NCBI GenBank assembly: GCA_041181065.1
Contig: JBEGQI010000204.1
Span: 1 to 63,455 of the forward strand
Direction of reading: 5' to 3'
From: Verrucomicrobiota bacterium
GTDB lineage: Bacteria; Verrucomicrobiota; Verrucomicrobiia; Limisphaerales; DSYF01
Length of the DNA stretch: 63,455 nt
Shown here: positions 55,035 to 63,455 of the stretch, in pieces
Position numbering within the stretch: position 1 is the first letter of the stretch
Layout of the letters: every line of letters begins with the position of its first letter
Program-made: the position numbers and the translations under genes
Notes under the pieces: model-generated
What the model was told of the DNA's origin: nothing
Database searches by the model: none
What the model saw: only the letters and a program-made list of their open reading frames with translations

Positions 55035-57449
55035 TTACTTGGTGACCAAGCCATCTCCCACGTAAACCTTGTAATCCTTGATGCGGCCGCCGCCCTGGCC
55101 TTGGCGCGGGGTGTAGCGGAAGCCGCCGACTTCGCGGGACTGGCCGAGGTCGAGGATGAGGCGGTGCGGGTGGTTCGGCTTCTTGTCGCTCCACTCGGTG
55201 TGCCAGAAGTTGGCGGTCTGGCCGTCAATCGCGTTCTCGGCGGTGCCGTCTTCCTTCGCGCGCTCCTCGCTGTCCACGTAGGCGATGGTCCAGCCTTCGT
55301 GGCTGAGCGGCTTGCCGTCGGCGTCGAGCAGTTCGAGTTCGGCGATGGCGGCGTAGGGTTGGCCGTCCTGTGCGCTCAACGACTCGAAGCAGAAGTAACG
55401 ACCTTTCGCCCCGGCGTTGAGTTTCACCTCCATTTGCGCCGCGCCGGGGATGAACGAAGAGGCCAGCGTGGCTTGAGCGGAATCGAGACGCAACTTCACC
55501 TCGGAGCGGCGAGAGCGGGCGAAATCTTTTTCCGGATGAAGCTCGTCGAGAATCGGGTGGTCGAGCGCGGCGATGACCGGAGCACCAGGAATGTAAAGCG
55601 AAAGCGCAGTCCCGCCCTTGTTTTCCAGCCCTCGACCCTCGGTTTGCCACTCTGGGCCGATCAGATCGAGAATAACTACCTCGTTCTTACCGTTCTTCAG
55701 CCACGCACCTGGGATATACATTGTCTGTTGCGGGCCGATGTTCCAATAGCGGCCGAGATTGTGGCCGTTGACCCACGCGTAGCCTTTGCCCCACGGGCGC
55801 ATGTCGAGCCACGTGTCGCCGGGCTTATCAATGCTCACCGTGGCGCGATAGAATGCCGGAGTGTTCGAGAACAACCCGCCCCGATAGCTCAACTTGGCGA
55901 GCATCTTTTCATCCAAAGGCAGCTTGTAGATGTTCCAGTTGGTTAGGGTTTCAGTGCTCTTTGCACTGGTGAACTTGATCGGTCCTTCGAGGCCTTTTCG
56001 GTCGTGCACCTCCGTGCCGAAATTCACGCGTCCCATCGCTTCAACGAGAATTCCTGCGGAGTGAATGATAGGATCGTATGCGAGTCGGTATTTGGGCAAT
56101 CGCACTTTGTAGTTCCGGTTCCTGCGGTCCATGACTCCAACACGCGCTCCGTCAAAATACACGTATCCAACATCTTTTACGTCAGATGCTTCAAGGACGC
56201 CTTCGCTCTTTGGGTAGGATTTCAACTGGTAAAGCACCAGACCGAAGGCCTGGTCGTATTGCTCGAAGTTCCGCGGCTGCACATCCGTGACGGGCTCCGG
56301 CAGATTCATGAACAGCGGAGCAAACTCCTTTACGAACACCGGCGGAATCGAGATCACCGGATTCTTCGCAGGCGGTTCGGGAATGGTTTCGCCGGGGAGC
56401 AGGTATTTCCGGAACAGCTCGCGCGTCTTGAAGAATTTGTCCGTCGTCCAGCCGGCTTCGCTGATGGGCGCGTCGTAGTCGTAGCTCGACGTGTCGGGCT
56501 TGAAGGGCCGGTCCGCACCGCTCCAGAAGCCGAAGCTCGTCCCGCCGTGCGCCATGTAGATGCTGAACGACGCGCCGCTCTTGAGCATGTATTCGAGGTC
56601 TTTCAGGTATTGATCGGTCTTGCCGAGATGATGCGGCGAGCCCCAGGTGTCGAACCAGCCGGGATAGAATTCACCGCACATGAGCGGGCCTTGCGGGAGG
56701 ATTTCGCGCAGCGCCTTGAAACCCGCAACGGGATCGGAGCCAAAGTTCACGACGGGGAACAGGTCTTTGCGGTAGCCGTTCTTGAGCGCGTAAGGCGGAT
56801 TGCACGCGAAGAGCGGCACGTCGAAGCCGGCGTCGATCATCGTCTGCCGGAGTTCGCCCATGTATTCGGCGTCCTTGCCATAGAAGCCGTATTCGTTCTC
56901 GACTTGGACCATGAGGATGGGGCCGCCTTTGGTGACTTGCAACGGGCCGAGCACGCGGCCGACTTCCTTGAGGTAACGCTTCGCGGCGTCGAGATAGCGC
57001 GGATCGCGGGTGCGGAGCTTGATGTCGTCTTGCTTGAGGAGCCACCACGGGAGGCCGCCCATCTCCCATTCAGCGCATGCGTAAGGGCCGGGGCGGAGCA
57101 TGACCCACAAGCCTTCCTCCTGCGCGATGCGGCAGAACTCCGCAGCGTCGGCCTGGCCGGACCAGTTGAATTCGCCGGGGCGCGGCTCGTGGAGGTTCCA
57201 GAAGAGATAGGCGCAAACGGTGTTCAAGCCCATGGCCTTGGCCATCTGCAAACGGTGGCGCCAATATTCTTTCGGCACGCGCGGCGCGTGGACTTCACCG
57301 CAGCGGATCTGGAAGCGCTGGCCGTCGAGGAGGAAATCATTCGTGCCGATGGCGAAGGTGTGCGCTGGCTTCGCGGGCGCGGCGGGTTGTGCGGCACACG
57401 CGGTGAAGGAAGCGAGGGCGACACAAGCGAAAAGAGCTTTCAGGCGCAT
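55035..57449 (-). CDS. GH35 beta-galactosidase with C-terminal F5/8 type C (CBM32-like) domain
   Basis: AMGLNTV..Y.FWN.HEP, LRPGPY.CAEWE.GG, QVENEYG, EFYPGWF, YMAHGGT.FG, SYDYDAPI; NAIDG...FWHT, YTPRQ. Confidence 0.93.
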   Translation of the reverse strand: MRLKALFACVALASFTACAAQPAAPAKPAHTFAIGTNDFLLDGQRFQIRCGEVHAPRVPKEYWRHRLQMAKAMGLNTVCAYLFWNLHEPRPGEFNWSGQADAAEFCRIAQEEGLWVMLRPGPYACAEWEMGGLPWWLLKQDDIKLRTRDPRYLDAAKRYLKEVGRVLGPLQVTKGGPILMVQVENEYGFYGKDAEYMGELRQTMIDAGFDVPLFACNPPYALKNGYRKDLFPVVNFGSDPVAGFKALREILPQGPLMCGEFYPGWFDTWGSPHHLGKTDQYLKDLEYMLKSGASFSIYMAHGGTSFGFWSGADRPFKPDTSSYDYDAPISEAGWTTDKFFKTRELFRKYLLPGETIPEPPAKNPVISIPPVFVKEFAPLFMNLPEPVTDVQPRNFEQYDQAFGLVLYQLKSYPKSEGVLEASDVKDVGYVYFDGARVGVMDRRNRNYKVRLPKYRLAYDPIIHSAGILVEAMGRVNFGTEVHDRKGLEGPIKFTSAKSTETLTNWNIYKLPLDEKMLAKLSYRGGLFSNTPAFYRATVSIDKPGDTWLDMRPWGKGYAWVNGHNLGRYWNIGPQQTMYIPGAWLKNGKNEVVILDLIGPEWQTEGRGLENKGGTALSLYIPGAPVIAALDHPILDELHPEKDFARSRRSEVKLRLDSAQATLASSFIPGAAQMEVKLNAGAKGRYFCFESLSAQDGQPYAAIAELELLDADGKPLSHEGWTIAYVDSEERAKEDGTAENAIDGQTANFWHTEWSDKKPNHPHRLILDLGQSREVGGFRYTPRQGQGGGRIKDYKVYVGDGLVTK

Positions 57450-57456
57450 GAGGAAA

Positions 57457-57490
57457 TTTTGCTTTGCGATTTTTGATTTACGGTTTTCGC
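57457..57490. repeat. Degenerate heptamer-periodic tract just upstream of the GH35 start
   Basis: TTTTGCTTTGCGATTTTTGATTTACGGTTTTCG. Confidence 0.45.
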
Positions 57491-57656
57491 GATGGTTGCG
57501 GATGCACAAACCGTATTCGCCGGGGAAAATGTTGTCGAGATTGGTTTGAGATCGACCGGGCCAAATCACGAAATGCCCGGAGCGCCAGGAACGTCCGCTG
57601 ATTTTGAAGCGAGATTGCCACGTGACCACTGCTGCAAGCTGTGGCATGGTGCGCGC

Positions 57657-58415
57657 GTGACGACATCTGAAGCCATCCAGTTGCTCGAGAAGTTCCGCGC
57701 GGGCAAGGCCAGTCGCGACGCGGTGCTGCAAGCCTTCCAAGCCGCGCCGGTGGCCAATCTCGGCTTTGCCTCCGTCGACACCCACCGCGCGCTGCGCAGC
57801 GGTTTTCCCGAGGTCATCTTCGGCGCCGGCAAAACGCCCGAGCAAGTCGCGAAGATCGCCGCGAAGCTCGTCGAGAAGAACGGCCGTGTGCTCATCACGC
57901 GCGTCACCGCTGAACACGCCAAGGCGGTTCGCAGAAAATTCAAACACGCCGTCCATCATGAGATGGGCCGTTGCATCACGATTGAGAAGAAGCCGCTCAC
58001 GAAACGTCCCGGCACGGTGGCCGTGATCTGCGCGGGCACGAGCGATTTGCCCGTCGCCGAGGAAGCCGCGCTCACCGCAGAGATCATGGGCAACCGCGTC
58101 GAGCGCATCTGGGATGTCGGCGTGGCGGGGTTGCATCGGTTGCTTGCCCGGCTCGAAACCATCCAGCGCGCGAACGTGCTCGTGGTCGTTGCTGGCATGG
58201 AAGGTGCGTTGCCAAGTGTAGTGGCGGGCCTCGTCGCGAAGCCGGTCATCGCCGTGCCGACGAGCATCGGTTACGGCGCGAGCTTCGGCGGATTGGCCGC
58301 GTTGCTCGGCATGTTGAACAGTTGCGGCAGCGGCGTGACGGTGGTGAACATCGACAACGGTTTCGGCGCCGGTTACGCGGCGAGCCAGATCAATGCGTTA
58401 GCGGCCAGTTCTTAA
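57657..58415 (+). CDS. larB: Nickel-pincer cofactor biosynthesis protein LarB
   Basis: D.HR..R.GFPEV.FG.GK, AGTSDLPVAEEA, DVGVAGLHR, AGMEGALPS, PTS.GYG, VVNIDNGFGA. Confidence 0.93.
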   Translation: MTTSEAIQLLEKFRAGKASRDAVLQAFQAAPVANLGFASVDTHRALRSGFPEVIFGAGKTPEQVAKIAAKLVEKNGRVLITRVTAEHAKAVRRKFKHAVHHEMGRCITIEKKPLTKRPGTVAVICAGTSDLPVAEEAALTAEIMGNRVERIWDVGVAGLHRLLARLETIQRANVLVVVAGMEGALPSVVAGLVAKPVIAVPTSIGYGASFGGLAALLGMLNSCGSGVTVVNIDNGFGAGYAASQINALAASS

Positions 58416-58483
58416 TCGTAATCATAATCTTACTCTTAATCTCCCCACCAAAAGGGGATTAAGATTACGAGTAAGATTAAGAG
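58410..58483. repeat. Hexamer-periodic inverted repeat (ATCTTA/TAAGAT family) between larB and larC
   Basis: TCTTAATCGTAATCATAATCTTACTCTTAATC-...-GATTAAGATTACGAGTAAGATTAAGAG. Confidence 0.88.
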
Positions 58484-58492
58484 CTAGAGCAG

Positions 58493-59929
58493 ATGAAAAC
58501 ACTTTACCTCGACATATTCAGCGGCATCAGCGGCGACATGTTCATCGGCGCGCTGATCGACCTTGGCGTCAGCGAACACCAGATCAAATACAAGGTTGCC
58601 GAGCTGGGCGTTGACGGCTACCGCATCAATGTCGCGCGCAAGGAAAAGTCAGGCATCTCAGGCGTGAAGTTCGACGTGGAACTGGAGCTTGGGCACGAGC
58701 ACAGCCATGCGCATGACCATGCTCACCCTCACACCCACGCGCATCCACATGTGCATGCTCATCCGCACGTGAAGGGCAAATCGCATCCGACCGGCACGCA
58801 GATCCTGAACGCGAGCTTCAGCAAAGTGCTGCCTACGCCTAGCAAGTCCGCCACGGAACAGGAGCACACCCACCACGTCGAACGCAACTTCACCGGCATC
58901 TGCGAAATGATCTCGGCGAGCAAGCTCTCGGATTGGGTGAAGGAGAAGTCGATTGCGGTGTTCAAGCGCATTGCCGTCGCGGAAGGCAAGATCCACGGCA
59001 AGCCGCCGGAGCAGGTTCACTTTCATGAAGTCGGCGCCATCGATTCCATCGTGGACATCGTGGGCGCGTGCGTTGCGCTAGAGATCCTGGGTAAACCGCG
59101 CGTGCTGGCCGCGAACGTGCAAGAAGGCAGCGGCTGGGTGAAGTGCGCACACGGACGTTTCCCTGTTCCGACGCCCGCGACGCTGGCCATCCTTGGCGCG
59201 CGCGGCGTTTCTGTCACGCAATGTGACGAGCCGCACGAGCTGGTAACGCCCACCGGTGCTGCGTTGTTGGCGGAGTTCGTCGAAGCATTTGGTCCGATGC
59301 AGGGTTTGGTGCCAGAGAAGATTGGCTTCGGCCTCGGCACGCGTGACAATAAGACGCGCCCCAATGTGCTGCGGGCGGTGCTTGGGGAAGTGAAGGCGGA
59401 AACATCGAACACTGACCATCGAACACCGTGCGTCGAAGTGACAGCAGCAGCTCCACGTGCTGCTTCGAACTCCGCACTCGGCTGGGAGACCGACACCATT
59501 GCGGTGCTCGAAACAAATCTCGACGACATCAACGCCGAGTTGCTCGGTGCGTTCGTTGAAAAAGCTTTGGCACTGGGCGCGCTCGATGTCTTCCACACGC
59601 CGATCCAAATGAAGAAGAATCGTCCGGCGGTGCTGCTCACCGTATTGTGCGCTGAAGCGGACGCTGACAAGTTCAGCGAGTTGATGCTGCGCGAGACCAC
59701 GGCGTTTGGCGTGCGGCGGAGCCTGTCGGAGCGCCGCAAATTGCAGCGCGAGTTCGTGCAGGTCCCGACGGCTTTTGGCGCGATCACTGTCAAAGTCGGC
59801 AAGCTCGGCGAGGAAATTGTTCAGGCAGCGCCGGAATACGAATCGTGCCGCGCGGCAGCGGAGCAATTCAAGGTGCCGGTGAAATCCGTTTACGAAGCCG
59901 CCATCGGAGCACTGCACGCGGGGCATTGA
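58493..59929 (+). CDS. larC: Nickel insertion protein LarC
   Basis: SGISGDM..GALID, His-rich tract, VHFHEVGA.DSI.DI, ELVTPTGAA, LETNLDD, MKKNRP, ETT.FG.R, PEYE. Confidence 0.95.
   Translation: MKTLYLDIFSGISGDMFIGALIDLGVSEHQIKYKVAELGVDGYRINVARKEKSGISGVKFDVELELGHEHSHAHDHAHPHTHAHPHVHAHPHVKGKSHPTGTQILNASFSKVLPTPSKSATEQEHTHHVERNFTGICEMISASKLSDWVKEKSIAVFKRIAVAEGKIHGKPPEQVHFHEVGAIDSIVDIVGACVALEILGKPRVLAANVQEGSGWVKCAHGRFPVPTPATLAILGARGVSVTQCDEPHELVTPTGAALLAEFVEAFGPMQGLVPEKIGFGLGTRDNKTRPNVLRAVLGEVKAETSNTDHRTPCVEVTAAAPRAASNSALGWETDTIAVLETNLDDINAELLGAFVEKALALGALDVFHTPIQMKKNRPAVLLTVLCAEADADKFSELMLRETTAFGVRRSLSERRKLQREFVQVPTAFGAITVKVGKLGEEIVQAAPEYESCRAAAEQFKVPVKSVYEAAIGALHAGH
59401..59428. repeat. Heptamer tandem repeat in the larC interdomain linker
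   Basis: AACATCG-AACACTG-ACCATCG-AACACCG. Confidence 0.6.
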
Positions 59930-59988
59930 GCAACGAGGGCCATCTTGATGTGAAGTCGTCCGGTGGTGGCGACGTCCATTCCCGCGTC

Positions 59989-60810
59989 ATGAATTTGAAT
60001 TGCATCGTTTTCTTCAGCCTCGCGCTGGTTGCCGCCCGGCTCAACGCCGCCGAGCCAACTGCGGCATTGCCCAGCAATCCGACTGACACTCTCCCCGCGC
60101 TGACAAATGGCCAGCGCTGGGAGTTGGTTTTTCAGGATGAATTTAACAGCGCGCAGATCGACACTAACAAATGGGAGATCATGGGCGACGCGCGTCGCCG
60201 CGACGACTGGTGGTTGAAAGAGAATTCGTTTCTCGACGGCAAAGGCAACCTCGTCATCCGCACCAAGCAGACGCCCGAGCGTCGTTCCAGCGGCTGCGTG
60301 CGGACGAAAGGAAAGTTTGAGCACGCGTTCGGATACTGGGTCGCGCGGATGCAATTGCAGAAACAGCCGGGGCATTGGACTGCGTTCTGGCTGATGTCGG
60401 ACAAAGTGTTCAAGGTCGGCAACGCTGGCCGCGACGGGACAGAGATCGACATCTGCGAGTTCCCGTATCTCGACGGGCGTTACGAAATCAACCTGCATTG
60501 GGATGGCTACGGACGCGAGCATCGGAACGCCGGACAGAAGATCAAAGCGCCAGGCATCACGGAGGGATTCCACACCTTCGCGCTGTGGTGGACGCCGACG
60601 GAATACATCTTCTACTGCGACGGCAAAGAACAGTGGCGCACAAGCGCGGGCGGCGTCTGCCAGCAACCGCTTTACGCCAAGTTCAGCGTCGAGATAGGCA
60701 CTTGGGCCGGCGACCTGAAGCAAGCAAAGCTGCCCGACCAATTCCTCGTGGACTACGTGCGCGTTTATGATGCGGTCGGCACAACCAATCCGCCCGCCAA
60801 GCGCGACTGA
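59989..60810 (+). CDS. Secreted glycoside hydrolase family 16
   Basis: W.LVFQDEF, W.AFW, catalytic EIDICE, FHTF...W, VDYVRVY. Confidence 0.92.
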   Translation: MNLNCIVFFSLALVAARLNAAEPTAALPSNPTDTLPALTNGQRWELVFQDEFNSAQIDTNKWEIMGDARRRDDWWLKENSFLDGKGNLVIRTKQTPERRSSGCVRTKGKFEHAFGYWVARMQLQKQPGHWTAFWLMSDKVFKVGNAGRDGTEIDICEFPYLDGRYEINLHWDGYGREHRNAGQKIKAPGITEGFHTFALWWTPTEYIFYCDGKEQWRTSAGGVCQQPLYAKFSVEIGTWAGDLKQAKLPDQFLVDYVRVYDAVGTTNPPAKRD

Positions 60811-60858
60811 GCCACGCACGTCCTTGCCACGCGGCACAGGCTCCCGGATACTCCGCAC

Positions 60859-61776
60859 GTGCAACCGACCATTGCCCAGCTTGCGGAAAAGTTAGTCGAG
60901 TCTTACACGAAGCTCGGCGGCATCAACCATGTGGACGGGAAAAATCTCCCGTCGAAGAAAGCTGTCGCCGCGATCACCTGCGACCTGCTCTGCCTGTTGT
61001 TTCCCGGATTCTTTGAAGAGCAATTGCTGCACTCTTCCGAGCTGAAGGCGAATGCGGAAAACCTGTTGAGCTCCGTTCGCGCCCGATTGGAAACGGAAAT
61101 AGCCAAGGCGCTGGAATACAATCCGCCCGCCGGCTCAACAAAAAAGGAAGCAAGGTCCTCCGCACAAAACCTCACGCTGCAGTTCCTAAACGCCCTGCCC
61201 GGCTTGCGAGAACTGCTCCAGACCGACATCGATGCCGCCTACAATGGCGATCCCGCCGCGCTCAGCCGCGAGGAAGTCATCGTGGCGTATCCTTTCGTGG
61301 AGGGCATCGCCGTGCAACGCATGGCGCACGCGCTCTATCGCAAGGACGTGCCGCTCATCCCGCGCATCATGACCGAGTGGGCGCACACGCGGACCGGCAT
61401 GGATTTGCATCCCGGCGCCCGGATTGGCACCCATTTCTTCGTGGACCATTGCACCGGCACCGTCATCGGCGAGACGACGGACATCGGCAATCACGTGAAG
61501 ATGTATCAAGGCGTTGGTCTAGTGGCGCGTTCGCTGGCGGCGGGCCAGCAATTGCGCGGCAAAAAGCGCCATCCCACGCTCGAGGACCGGGTAACCATCT
61601 ACGCTGGCGCGACGATCGTGGGCGGCGAAACGGTCGTGGGCGCAGACAGCACCATTGGCGCGAGCGTGTTTCTCACCCACAGCGTGCCGCCGTTCTCGCT
61701 GGTCGTGCAGGACGACCCGAATGTGAAGATCATGAGCAAGAAAGAGCGGCCTAATATTCCGGACTTTCAAATCTAG
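60859..61776 (+). CDS. cysE: Serine O-acetyltransferase (CysE/EpsC type)
   Basis: AAYNGDPAA, AH..TG.D.HPGA.IG, DH.TG.VIGET, KRHPT; GTG start. Confidence 0.85.
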   Translation: MQPTIAQLAEKLVESYTKLGGINHVDGKNLPSKKAVAAITCDLLCLLFPGFFEEQLLHSSELKANAENLLSSVRARLETEIAKALEYNPPAGSTKKEARSSAQNLTLQFLNALPGLRELLQTDIDAAYNGDPAALSREEVIVAYPFVEGIAVQRMAHALYRKDVPLIPRIMTEWAHTRTGMDLHPGARIGTHFFVDHCTGTVIGETTDIGNHVKMYQGVGLVARSLAAGQQLRGKKRHPTLEDRVTIYAGATIVGGETVVGADSTIGASVFLTHSVPPFSLVVQDDPNVKIMSKKERPNIPDFQI

Positions 61777-61804
61777 GCCGCGTGCCGCGGTGTATAATTC
61801 CCCC

Positions 61805-61832
61805 TTGCCAGCGGCCGTTTTGTGCCTATTCT
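61805..61832 (+). promoter_or_regulatory. Putative sigma-70 promoter of rpsA
   Basis: TTGCCA-16 nt-TATTCT. Confidence 0.5.
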
Positions 61833-62005
61833 CCCGGTTCGCCTGAGCCCGCGTGTGCGGTGCTCGTGAGAGGCTGAGAAAAAATAGTTAACCGAGTCAC
61901 CTAACCTTCAACCTCCGTTGCCCCGCAACGCGGTTCGTTAGGCAATGGAGCTTCCAAGCCCCGCTTGCAAGTTCCCTCCGTCCGTAGAAAGAAAAGTAAG
62001 TCATT

Positions 62006-63455
<1,450 letters not shown>

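Noticed and set aside
50110..58483. AT-rich repeats as a CRISPR array
   Set aside because: They are isolated inverted repeats, not direct repeats with unique spacers, and no cas genes are present

Overview
GC-rich bacterial chromosomal segment. Gene content and protein style point to Verrucomicrobiota, probably Pedosphaera/Limisphaerales-like; this is an inference. Housekeeping genes: dusB (partial), rnc, hemB, carA, tgt, tolQRAB-pal, purC, xerD, recF, ptsI, ruvCA, rsmD, mtnP, ridA, cysE-like, rpsA (partial). Accessory loci: a TonB receptor with tonB-exbBD, two large convergent IPT/TIG surface proteins (one a nuclease), an ExeA/GspB/CPBP cluster, an RluA-methyltransferase fusion, an arabinokinase-like kinase with a uridylyltransferase, a MoxR-less Bat/VWA operon, GH35 and GH16 hydrolases, and larBC. 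I saw no tRNA, rRNA, CRISPR array or transposase. The most striking feature is a set of several unrelated families of short palindromic or periodic repeats (REP-like GTAG/GTGG elements and 6-, 7- and 9-nt periodic repeats). Many sit in frame inside genes, mostly in the translationally coupled Bat operon. There they appear to supply signal-peptide segments, an internal loop and a whole bridging ORF; another copy supplies the larB stop codon. Other leads are a shared C-terminal sorting motif on secreted proteins, apparent Thr-Asn enrichment in exported proteins, and candidate structured RNAs at about 18.07-18.29 kb and in the rpsA leader. All calls were made by eye from motifs; no searches were run.
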